From Elusimicrobiaceae bacterium (GTDB lineage Bacteria > Elusimicrobiota > Elusimicrobia > Elusimicrobiales > Elusimicrobiaceae), in contig JAZKYS010000019.1 of the NCBI GenBank assembly GCA_045612285.1, positions 1,447 through 65,446 of the forward strand: a stretch of 64,000 nucleotides of DNA, written 5' to 3'. Positions 29,201-38,026 of the stretch are shown here, piece after piece (position 1 is the first letter of the stretch; each line of letters begins with the position of its first letter). Below the pieces are notes generated by a model. It was not told the DNA's origin. It saw only the letters and a program-made list of their open reading frames with translations, and ran no database searches. Position numbers and translations under genes: made by a program.

Positions 29201-30301
29201 ATGAGTATCTCAAGAATCGGCATTTTAACCGCCGGAGGCGATTGCCCCGGATTAAATGCAGTTGTCCGTGCGGCAACAAAACACGCTTTAAAAAATAATA
29301 TTGAAGTTTTCGGTTTTAAAAACGGCTTTGACGGTTTAGTAAAAAATCAATTTGTAATTTTAGATGATAGAATTGTTTCCGGCATTTTAACAAGAGGCGG
29401 AACAATTTTGGGAACAAGCAATTTGGCTAATCCTTTTAATTATACTCTTGCCCCTTTAGCAAGTCCGCAAGAACCTAAAGATTTATCTGCTTTAGTTTTG
29501 CACGTTCTTAAAGCAAATAAAATTGATGCCTTAATTGCTATCGGTGGGGATGGCACTTTATCAATGGCAAGCAAATTTATTGATATGGGTGTTAAAATTA
29601 TCGGCGTGCCTAAAACTATTGATAATGATTTAAGCGCAACTGATTTTACTTTTGGTTTTGATTCTGCTTTAGCAGTTGCAAGTGAAGCTGTTGACAGAAT
29701 ACACACAACAGCAGAATCGCATCACAGGGTTATGATTGTTGAAACTATGGGCCGCTACGCCGGCTGGATTGCCTTGCGCTCATGTATTGCTGGTGGTGGC
29801 GATATTTGTTTGATACCGGAAATTCCTTATAATATTGATATTATTGCAAAAGCAATAGAACAAAGACAAAGAAAGGGTAAAACTTTCAGTATTATCGTTG
29901 CAGCAGAAGGTGCTGTTGATGAATCAGGCCAAATGGCCGTTCAAAAGAAAGTTGAAGGCTCTACCGACCCGATAAGACTTGGCGGTATCAGTGGAAAAAT
30001 TGCCGCACAACTTGAAAAGATTTTAAATGTAGAGTGCCGCGTTGTCGTCTTAGGGCACTTACAAAGAGGTGGCACTCCCACCGCTTTTGACAGGTGGCTT
30101 GCAACAAGATTCGGTGCAAAAGCAGTTGATTTGATTTTACAAGGTCAGTTTGGCAATATGGTGGCTTTACGCGGAACAGATATTGTTAGCGTGCCTGTAA
30201 AAGAAGCCGTTGCCAAACTTAAAAAAGTTGACCCGAATGGGCAGGAAGTTAAAACTGCTTTAGAAGTTGGCACAAGTTTTGGCTCCCCCACTTTAGGTTA
30301 A
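29201..30301 (+). CDS. pfkA: 6-phosphofructokinase
   Basis: GILTAGGDCPGLNA, IGGDGT, PKTIDND and MGR motifs. Confidence 0.9.
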   Translation: MSISRIGILTAGGDCPGLNAVVRAATKHALKNNIEVFGFKNGFDGLVKNQFVILDDRIVSGILTRGGTILGTSNLANPFNYTLAPLASPQEPKDLSALVLHVLKANKIDALIAIGGDGTLSMASKFIDMGVKIIGVPKTIDNDLSATDFTFGFDSALAVASEAVDRIHTTAESHHRVMIVETMGRYAGWIALRSCIAGGGDICLIPEIPYNIDIIAKAIEQRQRKGKTFSIIVAAEGAVDESGQMAVQKKVEGSTDPIRLGGISGKIAAQLEKILNVECRVVVLGHLQRGGTPTAFDRWLATRFGAKAVDLILQGQFGNMVALRGTDIVSVPVKEAVAKLKKVDPNGQEVKTALEVGTSFGSPTLG

Positions 30302-30323
30302 ATTATAAAAGGAAGAAGATTTT

Positions 30324-31073
30324 ATGGAAAGAATTAGCAAAGAAGAATTAATTTTTGGTTTACACTCAGTTAGAGAAGCCCTTAAAACAAAAAAACGCCA
30401 GGTATCTGTTTTATATATCGTGGCAAATAAGACCGCTTCAAAACAGGTAGAAGAAGTTATCCGCCTTGCAAAAACAAATAATGTAAAAATTAAATCTTTA
30501 GAGTTAAGACTTATGGATAATCTTGCTTCCGGCGGCAATCACCAGGGCGTTATTGCAAAAGCAGAACCTATAAAAGCTATGCGTCTTTCAAGTGCAATTT
30601 ACGAAGCGCAAAACAATAAAAAAGAACTTTGGCTTGCCGTTGATGAAGTAACCGACCCGCAAAATTTAGGCTCACTTTTAAGAAGTGCGGCCTGTCTTGG
30701 CTTTACCACAATTCTGTTGCCAAAGCACAGAACTGTCGGTATAAATGCAACCGTTCATAAAGTTGCCTGCGGTGCTGTTGAAAAATTAAGAATTGTTGAA
30801 GTTTCAAATTTAAATACCGCCTTAATTGATTTAAAGGAAGAAGGCTTTTGGGTTTACGGCGCTGATATGGACGGCAAAAGCATTGTTAATTTTGATTATG
30901 CTTACCCTGCTGTTTTGATTGTCGGCTCTGAAGGCACAGGCATACGCCAAAAAACTTTGGAACATTGTGATGATGTTATCAGCATACCGCAAAAAGGTGG
31001 CGTTAGCAGTTTAAATGCTGCGGCTGCCGGCGCAATTATTATGTATGATATGTTCGCCAAAAGTTTAAAGTGA
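30324..31073 (+). CDS. rlmB: SpoU/TrmH-family 23S rRNA 2'-O-methyltransferase (RlmB-like)
   Basis: SpoU substrate-binding N-domain plus LGSEGTGI and SLNAAAAG motifs. Confidence 0.8.
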   Translation: MERISKEELIFGLHSVREALKTKKRQVSVLYIVANKTASKQVEEVIRLAKTNNVKIKSLELRLMDNLASGGNHQGVIAKAEPIKAMRLSSAIYEAQNNKKELWLAVDEVTDPQNLGSLLRSAACLGFTTILLPKHRTVGINATVHKVACGAVEKLRIVEVSNLNTALIDLKEEGFWVYGADMDGKSIVNFDYAYPAVLIVGSEGTGIRQKTLEHCDDVISIPQKGGVSSLNAAAAGAIIMYDMFAKSLK

Positions 31074-31074
31074 A

Positions 31075-31326
31075 TTTACTTCAGCTTTTGCGTTTATATT
31101 GCGTTGCGCGTCGCTCACATATGCGGGGTTGCCACCCGCTCAAGGTATACCTCATTTCTAAAAGCGCTTTTTCTAAAAGAAAAAGTTAATTAAAATTTAC
31201 TCAAAAATCCTTGTAAAACAATTTGCTCTATATAATCTTATCTAAACACAAAATCTTCGTAAAAACTTTGTATTCTGTTTAGCAAAATTAAAACGCAAAA
31301 TCCTTGTAAAACTTTATGCTGTGTTT
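31075..31326 (-). repeat. Rod-like intergenic repeat element, locus R1 (three 5' boxes, one GGCA-loop hairpin, conserved tail)
   Basis: Minus-strand reading has boxes TTTTACAAGGATTTT (31297-31311), TTTTTACGAAGATTTT (31250-31265) and TTTTACAAGGATTTTT (31203-18). Hairpin GCGGGT-GGCA-ACCCCGC at about 31117-31152. Tail ...AAACGCAAAAGCTGAAGTAAA ends at 31075. Outer helix 31086-31095/31291-31300. Confidence 0.7.
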
Positions 31327-31354
31327 AAGTCTTTTTACATTAATTGCTAGTTAA

Positions 31355-31891
31355 TTATTGAAATTCATATAATGGATATCCGCTATATCTTTCTTCCTCT
31401 ATCAAATGTCCTAATGATTGACAAATTTTTGTACCTAATTGACTAGAATTTTGTCCCATACAACGAAATTTACCCGGTCTAGACCATGAAATATAAGACT
31501 GATATTTACTTCCAAGTCCTATCTGGAAATCTCTATAAGGTTTACATGTAGAAAAATCATCACTACGACCAGGGCAATAACTAGCCAATAATACAAAGTT
31601 TGAAACAGACCATTCTATAAAAAAATCTCCGCATTTAAATGTTGCGCCTGAAATACGAGAACAAGCAGAGGGTAATTCTATATCTAAATCAGATAAATCA
31701 TTTGTATAACTTCCATTTGCTAAATAAAAAAGTTCCTCTGCTTGCACTATATTAGCCATCAATGGCAATATTGTGGAAACTTCCGATTTTACAGCTGCTA
31801 CACGATATTTGGGAACGGCAATTGCTACCAAAATACCAATAATTAAAACTACGACTAACAACTCTATAAGCGTGAAGGCACGGTTTTTCAT
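31355..31891 (-). CDS. Prepilin-type N-terminal cleavage/methylation domain protein (pilin-like)
   Basis: MKNRA|[24 protein letters not shown] with SD AAGAGG. Confidence 0.85.
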   Translation of the reverse strand: MKNRAFTLIELLVVVLIIGILVAIAVPKYRVAAVKSEVSTILPLMANIVQAEELFYLANGSYTNDLSDLDIELPSACSRISGATFKCGDFFIEWSVSNFVLLASYCPGRSDDFSTCKPYRDFQIGLGSKYQSYISWSRPGKFRCMGQNSSQLGTKICQSLGHLIEEERYSGYPLYEFQ

Positions 31892-32031
31892 ACTTTTTTA
31901 CCTCTTTTTTTCTTTTGTTCAATCGTCATTCCGGAAGGTTTTTGTCCGGAATCTCTACCGATTTTATTTTTTAAAAAATAGGAAGAGATACTGAGCAAAA
32001 ACTCCTCAGTATGACTTTATTTCATAAAGTC

Positions 32032-32058
32032 AGTTTATCAAAAAAAAAAAATACGCAA
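32032..32058 (-). promoter_or_regulatory. Candidate promoter with T12 tract in spacer (TTGCGT-a-T12-ga-TAAACT on minus strand)
   Basis: -35-like at 32053-32058, homopolymer at 32040-32051, -10-like at 32032-32037, spacer 15 nt. Homologous to the 23523-23550 block. Confidence 0.45.
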
Positions 32059-32120
32059 GCGCCCTGCTAAGACGAAGAAAAAAGCAAAAAAAGAAGAAAT
32101 ATCGTCGTAAAACAAAAAAC

Positions 32121-32147
32121 TTGATTTTCAAAAAAAAAAAAATAAAA
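32121..32147 (+). promoter_or_regulatory. Candidate promoter with A12 tract in spacer (TTGATT-ttc-A12-TAAAAT)
   Basis: TTGATT at 32121-32126, A12 at 32130-32141, TAAAAT at 32142-32147. The upstream ATCGTCGTA block is shared with 13621-13663. Confidence 0.5.
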
Positions 32148-32190
32148 TTTAATTTGTTAAGTCAATAAAACAATAGGAGAAAAAACATTT

Positions 32191-32709
32191 ATGAAATCAA
32201 ATAAAGGGTTTACACTTATAGAATTATTAGTCGTTGTCTTAATTATCGGTATTTTGGCGGCTATTGCTGTTCCGCAATATCAAATAGCTGTTGAAAAATC
32301 TAGATATTCCACCATAAAAGCCAAAACAAGAGCTATCGGTGAAGCCGTTAACAGATATTATCTTACAAAAGGTTCTTACCCCAGAGAATTTGGAGAGCTT
32401 GATATTTCTTTGTCAGATATTATAGACGCACCAAGAGTGTCCGAGGAAGCAGGCGGTTTTAGTGTTACATTTAAAACATCCAAAGGATATTCTGAGTGCT
32501 ACATATGGAGATATAATATTTTTTCTCAACTTTATTGTAGTGTTAATAACAATAAAATGCTCTTTTATTTTAATCACAAAACTATTGCTCCCAGTTTATG
32601 TAGTACTAAGAAAGACTATGAAATCGGACACAAAGTTTGCCAACAGGAAACAGGTAAAACAAAAGAAGAAGGTGAGGAATCCGGTAATTATTTTATTTAT
32701 GCTTATTAA
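32191..32709 (+). CDS. Prepilin-type N-terminal cleavage/methylation domain protein (pilin-like)
   Basis: MKSNKG|[24 protein letters not shown] with SD AGGAGA. Confidence 0.85.
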   Translation: MKSNKGFTLIELLVVVLIIGILAAIAVPQYQIAVEKSRYSTIKAKTRAIGEAVNRYYLTKGSYPREFGELDISLSDIIDAPRVSEEAGGFSVTFKTSKGYSECYIWRYNIFSQLYCSVNNNKMLFYFNHKTIAPSLCSTKKDYEIGHKVCQQETGKTKEEGEESGNYFIYAY

Positions 32710-32710
32710 T

Positions 32711-33451
32711 TTACACGCCTTTTGGCAGGCGGTCAGATAAAATCTGCGGCAGTTTCAATTTTTCAATTTTAGCTTGAACTGCTTTAATATCATAAGGCAA
32801 GCGGATAAGTCTAAAAGTATTTTTCTCGGTATCAAAAATACCAAAAGAAGCCATATTATTTGTGTCGCGTGGCTGCCCGACAGAGCCGGGATTTATCATA
32901 TATCTAATGCCAGGCATAAGTTTGATACTTACATCTTTACCGTAAAAAACATCAATTTGCGGGATATGGCCTTCCTTATAACTCATAATAAAGGGAACAT
33001 GGCTGTGGCCTACAAAACAAACATTGCCTTCCCATCTGGGCAAGTTCATAATAAATTGTTCCGGAGTTAAAAGATAATCTCTGTAAGGGTCGTAAAAAGA
33101 GCCGTGAACCATAGAAAAATGTTCACCTTGATATTCTGTCAAAAACTCGGCAATAAATCTTTTACTTCTTAAACTTAATTTTTTTGAAGTCAAAGCCATT
33201 GCTTTGCTTGCATATTCGCTAAACCAACGCGAAAAATCTTTATGGAACAAACAAACATCGTGATTGCCCATAACAGCAATTAGATTTCTTAACTTCATAA
33301 CTTCTTTGGTGCATTCTTCCGGATCAGGACCATAGCCCACCAAATCACCACAAAAGGCATAGGCATCTACTTTAAGCTCTCTCATTTTAGCTAAACAAAC
33401 TTTTAGAGCTTCATAATTAGAGTGAATATCCGAAAAAATAGCATATTTCAT
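32711..33451 (-). CDS. Calcineurin-like metallophosphoesterase
   Basis: SDIHSN, GDLVGYG, GNHD and GHSH motifs. Confidence 0.8.
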   Translation of the reverse strand: MKYAIFSDIHSNYEALKVCLAKMRELKVDAYAFCGDLVGYGPDPEECTKEVMKLRNLIAVMGNHDVCLFHKDFSRWFSEYASKAMALTSKKLSLRSKRFIAEFLTEYQGEHFSMVHGSFYDPYRDYLLTPEQFIMNLPRWEGNVCFVGHSHVPFIMSYKEGHIPQIDVFYGKDVSIKLMPGIRYMINPGSVGQPRDTNNMASFGIFDTEKNTFRLIRLPYDIKAVQAKIEKLKLPQILSDRLPKGV

Positions 33452-33472
33452 AAAATTATTTTACCAAAATAA

Positions 33473-36400
33473 TTATGCGGCTGATGCTGCTTCAACAAGT
33501 TGTTTTGTTTTAGAATCCTGCTCTTTTAAATTTAATGATAAAATTTTTGAAACGCCTTTTTCTTCCATAGTAACGCCGTAAAGCATTTGCGCAGCTTCCA
33601 TAGAGCGTTTATTATGGGTAACAACAATAAACTGTGTCTTAGCGGAAAATTCTTTTATCAAATTGACAAAGCGTTCAACATTGGCTTCATCAAGCGGAGC
33701 ATCGGCTTCGTCCAAAATACAGAACGGAGAAGGACTATGCGTAAAGAACGCAAACAGCAAAGAGACTGCCGTTAAGGCCTTTTCCCCGCCGGACATTGCA
33801 GAAATTGTTAAAAGTTTTTTGCCGGGTGGTTGGGCGATAATTTCTATACCGGTTTCAAGTAAGTTTTCAGGATCGGTAAGTTTAAGTTCGGCCTCGCCAC
33901 CGCGGAAAAGTATTTGATAAATTCTCTTAAAATGCGTGCGCACTTGGTCAAAAGTATATTTAAAGTTTTCTTTTGTCGTTGCGTTAATTTTAGAAATAGC
34001 GGCTTTTAAATCTTTTTTAGCATTCTGCAAATCTTCAATTTGCTTCTTTAAGAACTCATTTCTTTGAGTTAAGGCGTCGTATTCTTCCGGCGCGGTCATA
34101 TTAACAGCGCCCATATTTTCAATACGCTTGCGCATCATTTTGACTCTTTCAAGGTCAACGGTTTTACCTTCGCACTTCATTTGAGCTTCTTGGGGTGTTG
34201 TGTTCCAAGATTCAAGCAAAGTGTTAACGATTGCCGTTTTTTGCCTGCGGTGATTAGTTAAATTATTTTCTAACTCTTGTGCTTTTAAAGCAAGTTCGCC
34301 GGAACGGGTTTTATTTTTATTTAAAGCGGTAATTTTATTATTATATTCCGTCTTTAAAACATTTAAGTCGCCGCGCATTTTATTTTCAGATGTTTCAAGT
34401 GCGGCAAGATTATCGCGGCAGGCAGCAAGTTTTGCTTGGGAAGTAAGTTTTTCTTCCTGCAAGGTTTTTATTCTTGCTTCGGCGGCAGTTGTTTCCTGCG
34501 TGCGTTTTGTTTTGGCTTCAAGCAAAGTTGTCTGTTCGCCCGCGGTGGTTTTATAGTCAAGTTCAATATTATTCTTTTTGATTTTTATTTCATAAAGTTT
34601 GGTATTGGCTTTTTCTATTTCCACTTTTAAAGTTTGTTCTTCTTGTTCCAAAGCTGCCCTTTTAGCGTGCAAGGCCTCGTGTTGTTTTTTGGCTTCTTCA
34701 TGCTGATTGTTAAGGGCGTTTAATTCGTCTTTAAAAGTTTGGACTTTGGCTTTGCGTTTTTCAACGCGGTCCAAAATTTCTTGTTTATTATTGACGATTT
34801 GCTTGCTTGCCTGTTCTAAATCATTTAAAAGTCTTTGCTTATTGTTTAAATTATTTTGCAAAGAGTTTAAAGATAAAGATTCTTCCTGAAATTTATTTCT
34901 GGCCGTCTTAAGCAAATCTTCCGTCCTGGCAAGGTCATCAATATTTTTTAGAGTTTGCTGGGTAAGTTCTTCTTGCTCTTTATTTAATTCTTTAAGTTCG
35001 GCTTTGGCAGATTCTTCTTTACCCCAATAGGCTTCCGGCGATTCTACACCGACGGCACCGGCAGAAAGCCAAAAACCGCAATTTACTTTGCCTTCCGTGC
35101 TGCTAGCATTACCTAAAATATAATTAACTAAGGGGCGTAGATTTTCCGCACAATTTATTTTTGCGGATAAATCTTGGGCGCTGTTTGAGCCTTGCGGAAC
35201 AGCATTTAAAAGGATAAAGCGGCATCTTGTTTTGCCGTTTTGCTTTAAGATTTGTTCGGCTTGATTAAAAGCATTTTCATTTTCGCAAACTACGGAATCA
35301 AGATATTTACCGAAGGCTTCTTCAAAGGCAAGTTCCAAAGTTTTATCAAATTTAAGATTCTTTCTAAGAGTGCCAAGCACGCCGGGTATTTGGGCATCTT
35401 CCACAAGTTTTGTGCCGACCCAATAAGGATTATTTTTGCCCTGTGTTTGTATCATTTGCATTTTGGTATTAAGGGCGGCTTGTTTTGTTTTTAGAGTTGT
35501 TAACTTATCGTTTAACTCTTGTTTTTGGTTTTGGAGTTTTTGTCTTTGTTCTTCCAAATTTGTTTGTTCTTGGCGGAGTTTTTCAACTTCCTGTTTTTTG
35601 GTTTCAAGGGAAGTTTTAATTGTTTCTAATTCTTTTTTAACTTCTTCAAGTTGCACTTTTTGCGCAGTTAAAGAACGTTCAAGATTGATTAAATTATTAT
35701 TTTCGTGCTGGGCGGCGGATTCTTCAAGAGCGATTTTGCCGCTTAATTCCATTTCTTTATGGGTAAAGCCCATTAAATTATTTGTTGCTTTTTCAAAATC
35801 TTGTCTGATTTGCAAAATTGCCTGCTCGTTAGCACTAACCTGCTGATATTTATTATTATATTCCTGTTGGGCAGGTTCAAGTTGCAAAGTAATTTCTTCA
35901 AGTTTCTTTTTTAAGTTAGCTAGTGCCGGTTCAATTTCGCCTAGTCTGCTTAAACTTAAAGTTTCTTCGGAAGCAAAATTTTTAAGTCGGGCTTGAAGTT
36001 CTTGGGCCATATTTTCGCAATTTTGTATTGCGCCTTCTAAAAGACCAATTTGGTATTTATCTGCGGCAATTTTTTCGCTAAACTCGCTTAATTGTTTTTG
36101 CTTGTGGGTTAAATTTAAGTCTAATGCGGCGGTTTCGCCTTCGGCCGCGCTGATAGTGCTTTGCAAATCTTCTTTTTCTTTTAAAACGGGTTCAAGTTCG
36201 GCCGCGATTTTATTTATTTGTTCTTCGTGTATTTTAATATTTTCAAGGCACAAAATAATTTCACTTTCTTTTAATTCTTCGCGGTATTTTTGGTAAAGGC
36301 GCGCTTTGCGGGCTTCGCCGTCAAGTTTTTTGATTTGCTCTTCAAGTAAAGCAAGGGTATCACTTAAGCGGGCAATATCCATATCTACTCTTTCAAGACG

Positions 36401-36937
36401 GCGGACTGCTTCATCCCTTTTTGCTTTGTATTTGGAAACGCCGGCAACCTCTTCAAACATTTCGCGTCTTTGTTCAGGGGAGGCCTCTAACATTTGATGG
36501 ACTGAGCCCTGGTCAATAATAGCATAACCTGCCCCGCCGATACCGGTATCTAAAAACATTTCCCTAATATCTTTAAGACGGCAAGGCACGCGGTTTAAGA
36601 AATATTCGCTTTCCCCCGAGCGAAAGATTTTGCGTGATACTGTCACCTCATTAAATTCCACCGGCAATTTGCGCGAAGTATTATCAAAAATCATATTAAC
36701 TTGCGCCATATTTAAAGGCGGGCGTGTTTTGGTGCCGTTAAAAATAATATCAACCATAGAGCCGGAGCGAAGTGCCTTCCAAGACATTTCGCCAATACAC
36801 CAACGCACAGAATCTATAACATTTGATTTGCCGCAGCCGTTTGGCCCTACAATACAAGATACGCCGGGTTCAAAATTAAGGCGCATTTTATCTGCAAAAG
36901 ATTTAAAACCGATTATTTCAATTGCTTTAAGATACAT
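33473..36937 (-). CDS. smc: Chromosome segregation protein SMC
   Basis: Walker A GPNGCGKSN, long coiled coils, hinge, signature LSGGEK and Walker B ILDEADAPLD. Confidence 0.95.
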   Translation of the reverse strand: MYLKAIEIIGFKSFADKMRLNFEPGVSCIVGPNGCGKSNVIDSVRWCIGEMSWKALRSGSMVDIIFNGTKTRPPLNMAQVNMIFDNTSRKLPVEFNEVTVSRKIFRSGESEYFLNRVPCRLKDIREMFLDTGIGGAGYAIIDQGSVHQMLEASPEQRREMFEEVAGVSKYKAKRDEAVRRLERVDMDIARLSDTLALLEEQIKKLDGEARKARLYQKYREELKESEIILCLENIKIHEEQINKIAAELEPVLKEKEDLQSTISAAEGETAALDLNLTHKQKQLSEFSEKIAADKYQIGLLEGAIQNCENMAQELQARLKNFASEETLSLSRLGEIEPALANLKKKLEEITLQLEPAQQEYNNKYQQVSANEQAILQIRQDFEKATNNLMGFTHKEMELSGKIALEESAAQHENNNLINLERSLTAQKVQLEEVKKELETIKTSLETKKQEVEKLRQEQTNLEEQRQKLQNQKQELNDKLTTLKTKQAALNTKMQMIQTQGKNNPYWVGTKLVEDAQIPGVLGTLRKNLKFDKTLELAFEEAFGKYLDSVVCENENAFNQAEQILKQNGKTRCRFILLNAVPQGSNSAQDLSAKINCAENLRPLVNYILGNASSTEGKVNCGFWLSAGAVGVESPEAYWGKEESAKAELKELNKEQEELTQQTLKNIDDLARTEDLLKTARNKFQEESLSLNSLQNNLNNKQRLLNDLEQASKQIVNNKQEILDRVEKRKAKVQTFKDELNALNNQHEEAKKQHEALHAKRAALEQEEQTLKVEIEKANTKLYEIKIKKNNIELDYKTTAGEQTTLLEAKTKRTQETTAAEARIKTLQEEKLTSQAKLAACRDNLAALETSENKMRGDLNVLKTEYNNKITALNKNKTRSGELALKAQELENNLTNHRRQKTAIVNTLLESWNTTPQEAQMKCEGKTVDLERVKMMRKRIENMGAVNMTAPEEYDALTQRNEFLKKQIEDLQNAKKDLKAAISKINATTKENFKYTFDQVRTHFKRIYQILFRGGEAELKLTDPENLLETGIEIIAQPPGKKLLTISAMSGGEKALTAVSLLFAFFTHSPSPFCILDEADAPLDEANVERFVNLIKEFSAKTQFIVVTHNKRSMEAAQMLYGVTMEEKGVSKILSLNLKEQDSKTKQLVEAASAA

Positions 36938-36983
36938 GGGGAAAATTCCTATAAAAAAATTAGGCGCAAAATGCCCTATTTAT

Positions 36984-37000
36984 ATCATACTAAATTTGGG
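36984..37000 (-). promoter_or_regulatory. Candidate smc promoter (AAATTTAGTATGAT motif)
   Basis: Minus strand reads CCCAAATTTAGTATGATATAAAT. The same AAATTTAGTATnAT block is upstream of the 37576 and 42247 gene starts. Confidence 0.4.
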
Positions 37001-37066
37001 GTGTTTTATAAAGAAGATATAACAATATTTTGTATAGGAAAAATATCATTTTAGTTAAAAGGAATT

Positions 37067-37576
37067 TTACCCCTGATAGGTAAAGCCCTTTTTCTCTAAA
37101 TAATCTCTTAAGGCTTGTTTATTTTGTGCAGTTAATACATCTATATGAAATTTATAGGCCTTTTCATCTTTTGTTCTAAAGACAAGGCAATTATCGCGAA
37201 GGGACTGACTTTTAGCCAAATCTGTTATATTGCTGTTTAATAAAGAAGCGACACTTCTCTTTTCGTAAATAATAGCAACTATTTGTGAATACGGCACAGA
37301 AAAAGGTGCAATAATACCTTCGTCATTTAAAGCAATAATTGTTTTAGGTTTTATAAAGCGTATAAAGAAAAAGATATCAGAAATTAATTCTATTAAAATT
37401 ACACCCGTAAAAATTTTATAGACAAGGCCCATATTAGGAACTAATTTAAAATGAATAAATAAAAAGGCAAGTACTATCGTGCATATTGTTACACAAACGG
37501 CGCAACATAAACTTACATATTTGTTTTGATAGAATTTTATTGTTCCATCGGACAAAACTTTCATTTTTTGGGTCAT
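37067..37576 (-). CDS. Hypothetical membrane protein
   Basis: 169-aa ORF with two TM helices then a soluble domain. No family recognised. Confidence 0.5.
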   Translation of the reverse strand: MTQKMKVLSDGTIKFYQNKYVSLCCAVCVTICTIVLAFLFIHFKLVPNMGLVYKIFTGVILIELISDIFFFIRFIKPKTIIALNDEGIIAPFSVPYSQIVAIIYEKRSVASLLNSNITDLAKSQSLRDNCLVFRTKDEKAYKFHIDVLTAQNKQALRDYLEKKGFTYQG

Positions 37577-37613
37577 TTTAATCTCCGTTTTTATGACTTG
37601 TGATTATGGATAT

Positions 37614-37630
37614 ATAATACTAAATTTGAG
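37614..37630 (-). promoter_or_regulatory. Candidate promoter (AAATTTAGTATTAT motif) for 37067-37576 gene
   Basis: Minus strand reads CTCAAATTTAGTATTATATATCC, about 40 nt upstream of the start codon. Confidence 0.4.
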
Positions 37631-37660
37631 ATGTTTTTTAAAGAGAAAAAATGGAATAAA

Positions 37661-38025
37661 CAAAGCAAATGATTTTGCAAGGATTTTTGTGGAAATTTTA
37701 ATTAACTTTTTCTTTTAGAAAAAAGCGGTTCTTTCAAACGAGGTATACCAAGAGGGGGCGGCAGCCCCGAGTATCCGAAGGCTTTAAAAAATAAAAACTA
37801 GTCCAAAAGCCGAAGTAAAAGTTTTGCGAGGATTTTGCGTTTAGAGAACGAAACAAATTTTATCTAAACAGAGCATATAGTTTTACGAGTATTTTGAGGT
37901 TAGTTTTAATTAATTTTTTCTAAAGAAAAAATGTTTTAAAAAATGAGGTATACCTAGAGCGGACGGCAGTCCCGCGTATCCGAAATTTTTTAAAAATTAA
38001 AACTAGCCCAAAAGACGAAGTAAAA
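37661..38025 (+). repeat. Rod-like intergenic repeat elements, locus R2 (two tandem full units plus a partial unit)
   Basis: Unit 1 is 37661-37820 and unit 2 is 37866-38025, with about 75% identity. GGCA-loop hairpins at 37740-37779 and 37945-37984. Unit 2 outer helix 37901-37911/37995-38005 (11/11). Box 37881-37896 is complementary to tail 38009-38025. Confidence 0.75.
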
Positions 38026-38026
38026 A

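Noticed and set aside
31203-31311. Repeated TTTTACAAGGATTTT boxes spaced about 35-50 nt apart, considered as a CRISPR-like array (also at 42320-42417)
   Set aside because: The repeats are only about 15 nt, degenerate and irregularly spaced. They are complementary to the conserved tail of the same element, so they act as TIR-like ends. No cas genes are present in the window.
31925-31952. Short shared motif (A)ACCTTCSGGAATGAC in the 5' UTR of pilin-like gene 31891c and just after the stop of pilin-like gene 42985-43518 (43525-43540)
   Set aside because: There are only two copies of about 15 nt, in different contexts. That is too little evidence to call a functional element.
37940-37990. The GGCA-loop hairpin with flanking ...ATGAGG and CCGAAA, considered as a hammerhead-type self-cleaving ribozyme
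   Set aside because: The essential CUGA of the CUGANGA core is absent; the sequence reads AAAAUGAG or CAAACGAG. No stem I/III arrangement with a UH cleavage site could be drawn.
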